A DNA stretch of 63,745 nt, filler included, from Hausera hauseri (lineage: Eukaryota), in the NCBI GenBank assembly GCA_046269625.1. It is 12 parts of 12 records of this genome, joined end to end, with 100 filler letters (N's around TTAATTAATTAA, not from the genome) between each part and the next. Parts side by side here need not be neighbours in the genome. Positions count along the whole stretch, not along the records: positions 48,745 to 53,474 come from JBJURY010458356.1; positions 53,575 to 59,575 come from JBJURY010155421.1; positions 59,676 to 63,745 come from JBJURY010781868.1; 9 more parts are not named here. One strand, given 5' to 3'. Positions within the stretch are counted from its first letter, which is position 1, and each line of letters opens with the position of its first letter. Positions 49,420 through 62,499 of this stretch are shown here, in pieces. Under the pieces are notes generated by a model. The model did not search any database and was not told the origin of the DNA. It worked only from the letters and a program-made list of their open reading frames with translations. A program made the position numbers and the translations under genes.

Positions 49420-51025
49420 TCACTTGTCAAAATAGCTAGGTTTAAATTCCAAGCATGCTTTTGCTTTTAACAATTCTTCGTCATCTGTACCGCAAGTATA
49501 ATGAGTATAGTTTAACTTAGGATCCTGCAATTTTGCAAATTCCTTTGCATCTAGATCAGACATTGGCAAGACCATTAAAAGCTGCAGATTTTGTGATATG
49601 TTCATTTTTATTGGTAATTTATCATTTGGAGTTCTGCAATTACTAGCGGTATGTAAAATTTCTCTGACATCTATAACATTTTATAACTTTTCAGCTCTAC
49701 TTATATCTTCTATTCCGTCATTTTGGTAGCTATTGCCTCTATAAGGTGATTTATTGCCATATACGTTTCTATTTTGATTACTGTTTTGATTCTCATTCCG
49801 ATTGCTCGACGGATTTAGTCCAATTTCTTCTTCTGACGCATTTTGCAATGAGTTAGCAGTAGATGCTTGATGACTATTTTCTCTAATCGTCTTAGAAAGT
49901 CTAAAAGCCTCAAAATTCTGTGCAATTTTCAAGGCATTAGCAAATGTATTTGGACTTCCGGCCAAAACCTTATACCTTAAATCTGGTACTAAACCTCGCA
50001 TGAACTGTGTAGACAACAAAATATCAGTATCAATATTGATCTCTTCGACATCATTATTACCATTTTGTCTCATTTTGGACAATTTAATGGCTTCAACATA
50101 ATTTGAAATCAATTGTCTTAAAGAGTATGCAAATTGAGTGAATGATTCATTTTTTTGAAACCTATTTTGAAAAATTATTAACTGTTGCTGAGGGGTCATG
50201 ATCGGTAAAAATCTATCTATCATTGCTATGCTTATTGTATTCCAATTTTTGCGTTCAGCTTCATTTAAATTATTATAAGCATATATAGCTATATCAGTTA
50301 AATATAAAGGCAAACGTCTAATTTGATCCTTTTCACTTACTTCTAAAGCAGTACTTTGTGATTTATATGCTTTTAAGAACGGTAACAGTTTATCAGGTGG
50401 TCCATTAAATTTTTCTACATTGATTTTAAAGTTTCTGAAGTCATAGACATTTAAATTATTGTCATCTTTATTTCTTTCAGCCATGTTTTTATTAATTTCG
50501 AGATTTTCTACAAGAACTGTAGGCAATTTATCGTCAGATCTGACTAAACTTACTTCTAAGATTTCGATGAATGGTTGGCTCTGGTTACTTTACTAAATAT
50601 GTAAACCCTTTGTAGATTTTATTAATTATTATTTAAGTGTAGTAAGGATTTTATACTGTACAATCACTTGACTGTCAGAGTAAGAGATCTAAACTTGGCA
50701 AAAAATGATTTTAATGTTTACTTTGTGTATTTGTTAACTCTTTTCTTTACTGTACTTTTCTCCCACCCTTAAAAGTTAGTGAGAGTTTAAAACAAAGATG
50801 AGTTAATCGTGAGTAGAACTACGTTCGATAATAACGACTTTTGTGATAAGAACAATACTGCCTGTGGAAGAACAGGAATCAATAAAGGCTCTAAAAGCTG
50901 AGCAATTAGAAAAATATATACGAGAACCGTGAACTTTTTGCACAAAAAAACAGAAGGATTTGGATCGCTTTTGAAAAAATGCAAGATACGCTGAAACATA
51001 AAAAGATTTATGTTTGGGCTCCAAA
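49420..51025 (-). mobile_element. PBS and gag (49681-50526) of a Gypsy-type element related to that at 23234-27663
   Basis: PBS TGGAGCCCAAAC (tRNA-Lys-like) 2 nt after LTR CA; EKFNG..RRLPLYLTDIAIYAYNNL..FQKNESFTQFAYSLR..QFMRGL..PNTFANALKIAQNFE. Confidence 0.82.
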
Positions 51026-51765
51026 TGTTAGATTGTGGTGGCTATATCTATAGTCGTCACAATCCTATCTGAGGGTTACACTCTTTCTTCTTTAATTGAT
51101 TGAGTTGTTCACGTCTTATTGACTTTCTGGTAAAGTAGAATTCAAGCCTTTCTTCAATACAGAATTTGATATATGAAAAAGCAATTGAAATATATTCAAA
51201 ATATTCCTTAACTTTTATAAACAGCAAATATCAAATGAAGTTTACTAACTGTGTTATTTACCTACTAGATCTAATTAGCCAAACAAAAATGTATCTCTTC
51301 AAATATGTTACAAGTTATCAAGTAAATAGGATAATTAAGGTTTATTTGTATGATGTTTAGTATCTGATGCGGAAAATGATTTGGAAGATGATTATTTATC
51401 TACAGCCTTCTGCTGGCTGTGATTCAAATATATTAGTTTGAACAAATAAATAACCCGAAAAAATGAATATATATTGTGAATACAAAATAACACTTACTAC
51501 AAATTTTCAATAACTCATCAACATTCAAAGATATAGTTTCACCAAATTTATTATGACTTTACTGAGAAATAGTTGTTGTTCAATTCAAAATTAAACTCAG
51601 TATTTATACAAAAATTTTCAAACTAAATCGCTAACCCACTTATTTGGTTAGAAAAATACAGTTACAAATTTGGTTAGAGATTTTCAGATGTTCATAAGCA
51701 TGCAATCACAATATCACATTCAGATGTTCATAAGCATGCAGTCACAATATCACACTACTACAACA
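51026..51765 (-). repeat. 740-bp LTR with a PPT upstream and a PBS downstream; contains a ~35-bp tandem duplication (51682-51755)
   Basis: AAGGGTCGGGGAA-TGTTGTAG..CAATCTAACA-TT-TGG. Confidence 0.8.
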
Positions 51766-52221
51766 TTCCCCGACCCTTAAAGGAGGGCGACGGGCACCCA
51801 ATCAAAAAAACGCAATATTTACAGCGTATAAAGGTGTGATAAAAACAAAAGTATCTAATAAGTAAATACAATATACAAGATATAGCAAGGGATGAATCAC
51901 AAAGAATGAATTGTTTATGATCAAGTGTCATTAAATGTCCATATTATTGTCAATCGTCCAGATCGACATTTTCTTCATCAATTCAGGTTTTTAGAAGATC
52001 TTCTGCATCTGGTATCTTTCCTGCTGGAATTCTTTCGATCGGGATTAAAATTGGTTTTGTATTTTTGATAAGCCACACGTATTTTAGTTGGGATTGTTGC
52101 AAGGATGGTTGCATGAATGTAAATGTTCTGTTCTTGCACAATTTGACATACAATTTAATACTAAATTTTGCTCCAAAATTTATGGGCGATTATATTACTG
52201 CTTTAATATTGAGATATGGGA

Positions 52222-53357
52222 TCAAAAATGCTTATTTTCCAAGTTTTGATGGATACAACCAATAATTACATTTTTATCTGTGTTCCACATGCCAAGATGT
52301 TTAGCCAAAATATCTTTATTCATATAGTAGGGTCTTTGTATTTCATGGATTGGGATTGGTAATTTCAGGTATCCACTTTTTATTATAACCCCAAAGTGGA
52401 ATGTAATCGTTTCCGTATTAAACAATGAATGTTCTATTCCCAACGCCAATCGTTCAAAATCTGAATCTGATATTTGTGTTTGCATATCTACTTGACATTT
52501 TCTATCCCATTTATCATAAACTAATTGTTCATCAATTTTTTCATTGGGTGCCATTAACTCAAGTATATTTTGATTGTCTATTATATCTGGTTCAGCCTCT
52601 TCTTCATTGGAAATTTCGGGTGTGCAAATGTCCATGTCATCTACAATTGGGTCATCCAATATTGGTTGAGCAGGTTGTATAACTGTAGCGTCCACATTAT
52701 AAACCCAAGCAAGGTCCTTTAAATATTTCTCACGATTATAAATTAATTCGCCCACATCAATTACATTTGTCATCAATTGTTCAGGGGACCAGTTCACCTG
52801 CCTTATTTCTCCAATAGTTTCCGGAATATCCATGGTGAGTTCTAATTTGCCTAACGTATCTTGCTCATATCCATTTCCTTTTTTATACTTTAGTAGTGCT
52901 AACTCTGGCGACATTTATTAGGTCAATATTGTGGAAAGATCTGTTCGTGACTTCTGGATGATGTAATAGATCTATAACTCCAGCGAAATAATTCATCGGT
53001 ATATCGAACATAGCTATCGATTTATGAGTTTCAACGCCTATTATGATTGTACCGAATAACCATTGAATCAGGTCTTTTGTAACTTCATAGATGTCAATGC
53101 CGCTTGTTTGTAAAGTGTGGAAATCAATTCCATGTCTAATTGAGTTAAAATTGTGTATATTAACTCTATTAGCTATCAATGCTTTACATAAGGTTTTGCC
53201 TTTAAAATCTGTTACTAGAACTTCTATTGGCACGGGAGATTTGTCTATCTGAAATCCCAAAGACACTGTTAATATTCGATAGGTATTCGTCTGCCCAGTT
53301 AACATGTAATTCATTCTTTCTCTGGTAATCAATTTTGGGGGCGTTTGAACGAACACC
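52222..53357 (-). pseudogene. LTR-element 3' accessory ORF with REX4/ISG20-like DEDDh exonuclease fold (frameshifted, catalytic residues not evident)
   Basis: EVLVTDFKGKTLCKALI..IHNFNSIRHGIDFHTLQ..EVTKDLIQWLFGTIIIGVETHKSI parallels the REX4 pattern RVSIVN.YG..YD.YV.P..DYRT.VSGI..L..V...V..ML.GRILVGHAL. Confidence 0.5.
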
Positions 53358-53474
53358 AGTAGTATGATAGGAGCACACTGCGCCAATACCCCCCCGGGGA
53401 AAAAAATTGATGCGTTTAAACAAAAGTAGAATTGATGAACCGGTACTTATATGTTATCCCCCGAAATTTTTTAT
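53358..53474 (+). mobile_element. Polinton/Maverick-type terminus
   Basis: AGTAGTATGATAGG..CTGCGCCAATACCCCCCCGGGGAAAA; canonical AGTAGT end, similar to 46022 and 36930. Confidence 0.7.
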
Positions 53475-53574
53475 NNNNNNNNNNNNNNNNNNNNNNNNNN
53501 NNNNNNNNNNNNNNNNNNTTAATTAATTAANNNNNNNNNNNNNNNNNNNNNNNNNNNNNNNNNNNNNNNNNNNN

Positions 53575-53822
53575 TGCGGTTAGTGCGCTCGTCTGCCGAT
53601 CGTGTGGTTACGGGTTCAATACCAGCTGTGGGCATTGAATTTTTATTAAATTAAAACGGCTCCAGGGGCCCACCCAGCCTCAAAAATGGGTACTGGAAAA
53701 ATTCTCTGGGAAAGTAAAGGCAGCCTGGCGTTAAGTTGACAACATAATCCAATCATGTGCCGGTGACAATGACACTCTACTTTTCCCTATATGCCTGTAT
53801 GTAGGCATAAAATGGACTTTAT
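53575..53822 (+). mobile_element. tRNA-derived SINE (same family as 30404)
   Basis: GGGTTCAATACCAGCTGTGGGCA..GGGGCCCACCCAGCCTCAAAAATGGGTACTGG. Confidence 0.78.
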
Positions 53823-54459
53823 ATTTCACCAGAAATAGGCTTTAATACATTTTAATATTTATGCCCAAAGTGTTCAGTTTATACATTAAAAACAAAAATT
53901 CTAATACATTAAAAAATAAATAAAATGTTTCGATTACACTGATTTAAAAAATATTGTTTTGTTTCCCTTTTCATAAGGAAAAAACAAACAAACAAACAAA
54001 AGAACAAAGCCAAATCCATACAATTTGGAATCATAAACATCAATGACAAAATCAGAGAAGATGGAAATGGCTAGGTCATACTATCAATACTGAAAAAATA
54101 GATATCCCAACAGATTTCAAATGTAACTCTGGGAGACAGACCATCAAGGCTACGAACAAAAAAAATGGAGGTGAGCAGTTTAATTTTTAAAAAATGAAAA
54201 ATTTGAGGAATGACTTACATTGCCTTGTACAGGACAGATTAAGGCTGACACCTTACACCTTCAAAGGAACTAAAGAGACCAAGAAAAACAAATCTAAATA
54301 AAGTTTGTGCTTGTCCATGTTTTTTCTTCCAAGTAAATCTTTGTTTCACACATCAATATCGTCTCATTTTTTTTCCATGTTAGATCTGACATGATCTGTG
54401 TTAATGTGCCCTAGTAACAACCTAGTAAAACTTCCCTTACGCCTCCCCCAACCACTTAC

Positions 54460-54497
54460 CTGAATATATGGACCATATTCTCCTCCCTTACAAGGCC
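54460..54497 (-). CDS. EARS2: 38-bp exon of probable mitochondrial glutamyl-tRNA synthetase
   Basis: tttcag|GGCCT..ATTCAG|gtaagt encoding GPCKGGEYGPYIQ (GluRS GG.YGPY.QS motif). Confidence 0.55.
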
Positions 54498-54919
54498 CTG
54501 AAAGTAACAACAACTTTTTAAAATGATATATATTTAAATTTAGCTGCACATTGGCATAGTGCATCATGTGTTCTTCCGATTGCAACCAGTGCCGTGCCCC
54601 AATAATCAATATTTGGAATATCGGAAATCCGATATTATTGATTTTTGCACACTTGCACATGTGCTGCACACATGCACAATGCACCAATCGATGCGCACTG
54701 ATGTGCGCTATCGATTATCACTTTGTTCCGATCGATTCGATCAATACTGCACTGTGCAACGATCGATTTGTGAAATGTGCAAAAATATGCTTAGCAACGG
54801 TGCCTAGCGGCATCGTCGCCTAGCATACTACCGATCGGTAGTTCTTTGTGTGCACTATCCATTAGCACATATGCACTATCGATTTATCGATGCGCACAGA
54901 CTTCCCATTTTCCCCTTAC

Positions 54920-55476
54920 TAAAATGGTATGTCCGTTTGTTATTCCACATTATTTTACAAACGATTATGGTCAACGCATGGCGACTTTATCAAAGTAGTG
55001 GGGGTAAATTACGAATAAATGACTTCAAAAAAATGTTTTTGTTGCTTTATTATCTGATGAATCAACAGCTATCACTCCGACAAAAAGACTTAATTTAGAA
55101 CTTGCTGGACCTGCCCAAAGTCGTAAAAAGTTCCACGGCTGTTATTCGACAATATCAGTCCGAGAAACTGTTGATGAAACAAGAAAAATCAGAGTTAATA
55201 CAATGTGTTCTAAGTGCCAAACACTATAGTTTAGATTGTTTCAATGTTAAATATAATAGATGTTAAATAAATTGTATTTTAGACTTAAAATTGTTCTTAT
55301 ACTAAATTGAAGATAAAATTATTAATTTTTGATATTTTCGTAGTCCATCATTGTCGCAGCTTCTTGGGAACTAAGGCATTGAATTTCAAAAATAGGAAAA
55401 ATCCACAAAATTGATAAGGCCGATGCGGAGGAAATTTGAACAGTGGCGCCGCCACACAGTCGCCAAACAATGTTAA
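54920..55476 (+). mobile_element. piggyBac-like transposase C-terminus and right end
   Basis: KWYVRLLFHIILQTIMVNAWRLY, Cys-rich tail (CSKC..LDCF), GC-rich end followed by TTAA at 55473-55476. Confidence 0.65.
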
Positions 55477-55715
55477 TGATTGATGTGAGGGACTGGCGAC
55501 AGACATTTTGAGTTGTTTATTTGAGTGAACAATATAAATAGTCGATGATATATTAGAAACTGACAGAATAATAATAAAAATTTAAAAATTTTTCTACAGA
55601 GTTCAGTTTTAAATGAGTGAGCCTTTTTCTTATTTTGTGTTTTTGTTTTTGGTTGCCAAATTTGAATAATTACAATTATATTATTTGACAGTCGGGCCTA
55701 TCTTAAATTCTGACA

Positions 55716-55860
55716 ATAAAGGTTTTGTCTTATTGGCATTACCTGCCAATATTTGAAATAAACTTTCGTGATAAAGGTTTTGTCCTAGTGGCATTACCTG
55801 CCTACCTTTGAAATAAAATTCTACGAGAAAGGTTTTGCTCTGGTAACACCACCTGCCAAA
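55716..55860. repeat. 55-bp tandem repeat (~2.5 copies), possibly inside a solo LTR (~55484-56302)
   Basis: ATAAAGGTTTTGTCyTAkTGGCATTACCTGCC at 55716 and 55771, degenerate at 55826. Confidence 0.6.
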
Positions 55861-56941
55861 TTCTGATTCTCAATCGGGTTTTTAGCTCATAAAGTTGAAT
55901 AGCCCCCACTGTCAAATTACGTTTAAAAATTTGAATAAATAAAATTTTTAGAACTCAGGCCTTATCCTGGTGATATTACCTGAAGACGGGTTGTCAAGTC
56001 GATTCCTGACGACTCACTAAAATCATTGACCCCAAGTAACTTCGTGAATAATAGAAACGAGAGATATAATTTGTGTTTCGCACCCGTATCGCTTTCTCGA
56101 TACTAGTGACACATAGATAGATCGATTCTCGATAATAATCTCGCTGACTCTTATATACGAAACAGTAACTTTGATATTGAACTCACTATAAGGCTGAGAC
56201 TAGCCCGACCTTCCAACTGTTGAACTACCAATAAAGTTCATAATTTAACATAATTGTTAAACAAAATGACAACAGCAGACGATAATAATAAACTGTCACA
56301 CAAATTGATTTATTGAATTAATTTCTTTGCATCATTTACGCTTTGTGTCAGGATAAGATCAAAGTCAAATAACGGATATTTTGTGATATATAATGGATTT
56401 AAATGAGCAAATAATCACAACGTTTTGAAGGAATATCAATTTCACATTTGTAAGTCTAATAAAATACTGCAATCTAAAACTTGTAAAAATATTCGAAACT
56501 GTTTAAATACCATTTAAGATACTTTCGTTGAAGTTATAAGAAAACTACACAGGATGAAACTACAAATTCTTTTAAATTAATGAATACTTCATAGAAATGA
56601 ACAGTCGATCAATGATGCTATACAAACCATTTTCTGGAATTTGAAATTATGCCGACCTCTAGACTGTCTTCTACATTTTAAAAAATTTCATTCATTTTCT
56701 TCATTTACCTTCTATTTTGCTTGGGGAAATGTGGGCACCACACATGGGTACCGATTTCGAATGCGGAACGGCTACGAAAGATGGTGAGGAATTATTTTCA
56801 AACACTGGATAATAGGCACTCGGCGGTGGACTGGTTTTACGTTGAGATTGAAAACGCAACTTTTTACTGTTTGCTACGTTGATATTCGATTCGTAAACAC
56901 CGAATGTACTACTACGTCTACAGATAAAATTCGAACATGAA

Positions 56942-59575
56942 TGTCGGGCCATTTTGTCATAATTTTTTGAATTCTTTAGAGGCGGAAGATCGGGGCCCAC
57001 CTATGGGCCCGACGCGGCGGCTGCGAAAGCCCGGCCGTGTCCGACCAAATGGACCAAAGGGCACCGGCCGCTGTGGGCACCACATCACCCCCCGTGGCAA
57101 AGTGAAAACTATAAAGATTAAAATAAACGGAAAGAAAATCGCTAAACAAAAAGTATGTGTCAATTGGTCTTAGTGTAAACAAGACGTTGAGTGCCTTCTA
57201 CTGCTTTTTCCCTGCTATACTTACTAAATGTGACTCTGCGTGTTTTGTCTTTATGCAGTGTGATTGCTTGCAGAGGCTGAAGTTGGGGAAAAATTGTCGG
57301 ATTTTGTTGTGAGTGTTGTGTCGTGCGAAGACGAATCAGAATGAAGAGAAGAAGGTGAAGGAGGAAGAGCGTTTGTTGAAGACGGATGATTAAAGGTATT
57401 CAAGAGAGTGTTAGAAGACGAAGAAATGATAAAAGGTTATTGGCGGATGAAGGAAAAGCGATGAATGTTGGAGTAAATGTTGGAATTGTATTAGGCGAAA
57501 AAGTAGAAGTAGAAAATGAAACAGAGGGAGTCGTAGAGATAGGAAGAGAGATAGGGATAGAAATAGAGATAGGTGGAAGTTGCGAAGCGGAAATGAAAGA
57601 GGTAAAAGATAATGTGTGACGAGGAAGGGAAAAAGAAAGCTCCGAAGATGAGAAAGGTGTGGAAGGAGAAAGAGAGAGAGAAGACGGCGAAAAGGGACAA
57701 AGCGAAAAAGAGCAAGAAGATGTAGAAGGCGAAAGAAAGTGGTTGGAAGGTGGTATGCAAGAGGTTAGAGTGATGAAAGGGGTAGATGGAGGGATTGGTG
57801 AAATCGAAGTGGTGTTTGGCAGAGGCGGTCTTGTAAAAGGAGAAAGCAAGTTGTCACCAGTGAATGGAGGAGGCGTTAGAAGACTTGAACGTGCAAAATC
57901 GGATGGGGAAAAAGAGGCTGAACTGTCAGAAGAAATTGAAGTAGAAATCTTGGAAGAAAACTTAGAGGAAAGTGGGTTAAAGAATTGAGCAGAGATGGAA
58001 GGTGAGTTATTGGATTGCTGCGTGTCGTGTAAAGATGATGGTGGAGAAGTGGTTTCGATTGAAGACGTATCGTCAATAAAGAAAGCCGGCTTAGCGATGT
58101 TGATGTGGTCTGTTACTTTGTCGTCCTTGAGAATGATGATGTTGTGAGAGTGTAAACGAATTACTTTGTAAGGGCCAACATACTGAGTCTGAAAACCACA
58201 CAGGGCCTGATTCTTTAGCCAAACGAACTTTTCAGTATATAAATCGTCAGGTTTTCCGTGTAATAATCTACAAAATGAGTCTTTACTAATCTCAACGAAG
58301 TGTCTCTGGGCCGCTTGTATAGTTTCGTCTGTAGGAATATTGTCCAGCTCAACCAGCTCCAATAATGATCTGATACAAGTACCAAATAATGCTTCTGCAG
58401 GTAAGCAGCCTGTGGAAGTAGATGGTGTGTTCCGCCAGCCAAGCAGAACGTTCGGAAGGAGTGTAATCCAACTGCGATTGGACTCATCAAGGAATTTGAG
58501 AGACGTTTTCATCGTGAAAGCGTTCGAGAAGGCCATTCGATTGAGGATGATATGGTGACGTGTGAATGAAGTTAATTCCCAATCGATTGACAAGTGCGGA
58601 TGAAAATGCCTGCAATTTTTTCTGTGTTGGTACTCTGAAGCGGGACAGCCTCTGACCATTGCGAGGAACGGTCCATCGTTGTGAGGATGAACTGATGGCC
58701 CTTGTCTAATGGCAGTTGGCCTACAAGGTCAATGTGAACAGATTGAAAACAAAACGTGCAGGGAAAATGATATAGTGGTGGCTTTAAGTGCTCAGTAGCT
58801 TTGTATTTTTGGCATGCCACACATTGCCTAACCGATGCCTGCACGTCAGAGCGCATCGACGGCCATACTACTTGGCGTTGTAAGGGTCGAAAAGTGGCCT
58901 TGGCACCGGGATGATGCAACAAATGGATGCTGTTAAATGCTTCTTTTTGAAGCGATTCAGAAAGTATGACTTTAGCATTATTAGATTTGGAGGTGTCAAA
59001 GACCACACCGTCGATGGTTTTGCACCACTTGAAAGATTTAAGGATGTCAGGAGGTGGCTCGTTTTGCTAAAGTTTGGATTGACGAAATATTGATTTAAAA
59101 TCAATCGACTGATCGATGGGAACAAAAAGTCAGCTAGTAAATTGTTGACTCCGTTTAGATGCTTAATTTCAAAATGAAATGTGGACAAATACGATATTTG
59201 CCGCCCCTGACTTGGAGAAGGCCATTTCATGGTGAGAATTTGAAGCAAGAGCTTGTGATCCGTTTGTATTTTAAAGGTTCGTGCGGTTAGCAGATGCTTA
59301 AAGTGTTTTACGACACGACCACTGCAAGCAACTCTGTCAAAAGTGGTATATCTTTGCTCTTTTGCTGTGAATTTTCGACAGAAGAATTCTAATGGCTCAT
59401 GGGATCCATTATTGATTTGATGGAGGACAGCACCTGCAGCTGTTGTGGATGCATTCGTGGTTAAGAAGAGTTGTGCATGGGAGTCGGGATAGGCCAAGAT
59501 TTCCACGGTTTTTAGATTATCTTTGAGGTGATCGAAAGCGTTGACTAGCTTGGCGGTCCATTGAATAGGCTGTTT
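56942..59575 (-). mobile_element. Second copy of CsRN1-like Gypsy family: RNase H, integrase, 3' UTR, PPT and terminal block
   Basis: Collinear with 18160-20570; PPT GGGGGGTGA then TGTGGTGC at 57084, ending CCCGACA at 56942. Confidence 0.92.
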
Positions 59576-59675
59576 NNNNNNNNNNNNNNNNNNNNNNNNN
59601 NNNNNNNNNNNNNNNNNNNTTAATTAATTAANNNNNNNNNNNNNNNNNNNNNNNNNNNNNNNNNNNNNNNNNNNN

Positions 59676-62457
59676 ATTTATGATCCACGGTTGTATCCTT
59701 TTGTTCTGAATATCTGCTCGTAGCATCGCCTTCAGTGGCTTATGATCGGTCTTGACTGCGAATTTGCTGTTATGTACATAGAAATTCAATTTCCTGCTGT
59801 GCAGAATTAATGGCATATGCCTCTTTTTTGACTATGGACCATTTCCTTTGGGTCTTGAGACAGGAAGTATATGGGTTTTTCTTTCTTGACTCGCTTGCCT
59901 AATCTGACTTCCTCCCCATCTTCCTGAGTGAGAACCGCACCAATGGCATAATTTAAAGCATCTGTCTATAGAATATATTCCTTGTTGGTATCAGGATATA
60001 CAAGTATTGGAACTACCGTTAAACTTTCTTTCAAATAATCAAAGGACTGTGGACACTTTTCGTCCCACCTGAACCTTGAAAATTTCCTAGTTAGCTCAAC
60101 CAGTATTTCTACTATCCTTGATAAAGTTTGGAATGAACCTGCAAAGTATCCGCATGTACCTATGAAACCTTGAACTTCTTTGATTGTTTGTGGTGCCGGC
60201 ATTTCTCTGATAGCTTGGACTTTCTCTTCATCTGGCATGACACCATCTCTAGATATCACAAAGCCGAGATATTTGATCTCCATGTTGAGGAACTCGCATT
60301 TGCTCAGCCTTAACATTACCTTGTGTTGCCACATCTGGTCAAACACTTTCTCTACGTGCTGTAGATGATCTTCTACATTTTTTGTGAGCATTAATAATGT
60401 CGTCGATGTATGTCTATGCAAAACTTTGCATTCCCTCTAGCATCTGGTTCATTAATGACATATAAGTGGCTGGGGATCCTTTCAACCCGAAAAGCGTCAC
60501 ATTCCAGGCATACAATCTTGTATGGATGCAGAAAGCTGTCTTCTCCTGTATACATCGGGATACACCAGAATCCGGAATGTGCACATAGAGTGGTAAAATA
60601 CATTGTGCCATTCAGAGTGCCTAGAATGTTGTAAATTCTTGGCATAGGATAACTGATATTAGTCATTAATGAATTCAGTGCACGGTAGTCGACACAAAAG
60701 CGATGAGTACCGTCTTTCATAGTTACAATAACCAACAGAAACGACCACTGTGACTTTGTTCTTTCAATGATACCTGCTTGCAGCATTTCCTCAACTGCCT
60801 TTTCCACTATTTATCGATTTCTGAGTGGAGTATGATATGGTCGGAGACTGATAGGTGTGCAACTGCTGGTATCAGACTGCATTGTCATCATATTCGTTCA
60901 ACCCAACTCCATGTTGGAGAGAGCAAACACATCTGCACGTTTCCATATAAACTGACTTATCCTCTGGCGATATGTATCTTCTACCTTCAGCGTTTCGAGT
61001 AACTTTTGAGTTCTTACTTCACTCTGTGTAACTTCTGCTATCTCTTGGCTTCGTTTCTTACATCATACTCCTTGACGAATTTATTCTAAAACTTTCTTTC
61101 TGTGATCTCTCAACTGTGAAAATCAACCTTTTTACCGTATCGTGTATTACTTTCTTTTACCGTGTCAGACATAAATTCATCTTTTCGTTCAGCTTTTGCG
61201 ATTACACACCCTTTCTTTAGCGTAATAGTTTTTCCTGTGTGATTCACAATCATGATGGGACGATCTTGCTTCTTATTTAATTTGGTTATACCACAAATGA
61301 GCTGTAATCCCGGCTCTTCTATAGTATCTGTTGTTTGTAACATAGCAATGGTCGCTGTATCTCCTTCTTGCCAGTATTCCTTCTGTTTCAGTTTGCCAAT
61401 AACTATATTTTCTGAATTTGGTTTCATTGTAACTTTCTTAAGAACTCATCCTATGGAGGAAATGTGTGCGTCATCTTCCAGCTCAACATACGTATAGTTA
61501 ATATTAATCTTTCTGAGATCAAAGTATATTCTGACTCTGTTTTTCTTTTAAAAAAAATCGTTACCTAGTATGGCACTCCTGTTCATATTCTTAACCACAA
61601 AAAATGTGTTTCATAATTTCCGTCCCAATCTTGAATTCTATCTTTGCACTTCCGATTACTTCTAACATGTTTCCTGAGACAGACTATGTCTATGTTTTGC
61701 TTCATTAGCATACCTTGGTGTTTCAACATCGTGAACACCTTTTCATTGATAATGCTAACTTGGGCCGAGGTATCAATTAAGCATCTGATTCGGGTCTTGC
61801 TTGCGTATATCAAGCACGAGCTTGGGTCGTCTGTATAGTTTATTTGGTATACTTTCTTGTGTTTCATTTTCACTTTATTGTTGCCCTGAACTGGTATTTT
61901 TCTGTCATTCACCTTCTCTCTGATACTTTCTTGCATTCTTAGTTTGCTTATCAACTGTTTCTGAGTACTCTTTCTTGAAAACTCTTGAATTGTATGATCA
62001 CTTTGCTGCTCCACGACTTTCTTGTTACTGGACCGTCTTGAATAATTCTTGCAACATGGTTTCTTCGTTGCATTTGGCAGCAACCTCTCTAAGGACTGTT
62101 TCTGATTCATGCGGAACTTGTTATCTGGTCTAATTTCTTTCTTCTCTTCGGATGAATTCTTCTTTGTGGCCCTACTCCACTTCCCGCACTGTAAAGGACC
62201 GATCACAGGGCAGGTTTTCCGTTTCTCTGGTATGTCTTCGGTAGCTTATAATTTTTTGCAATGTGACCAAACTTGTCCCAATTATAGTACTTTCTTGTAT
62301 TCTGTGTGTCGCCTGGTCTTGTACTTGTTCTTTGTGAGTTGTTTCTGCAGTCTCTTTCTATGTGACCTAATCTTCCACAATTGTAGCATTTCATGTGAGG
62401 TCTCTGTACTTCATATACTCTGCTGGTTCTGCTTTATTTTGCATCTGACTGTCTGGA

Positions 62458-62499
<42 letters not shown>

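Noticed and set aside
57400-58100. Ser/Pro-rich ORF extension as an env or mucin
   Set aside because: Pyrimidine-rich 3' region; frame not conserved in the sister copy at 19750-20480 and no signal or TM pattern.
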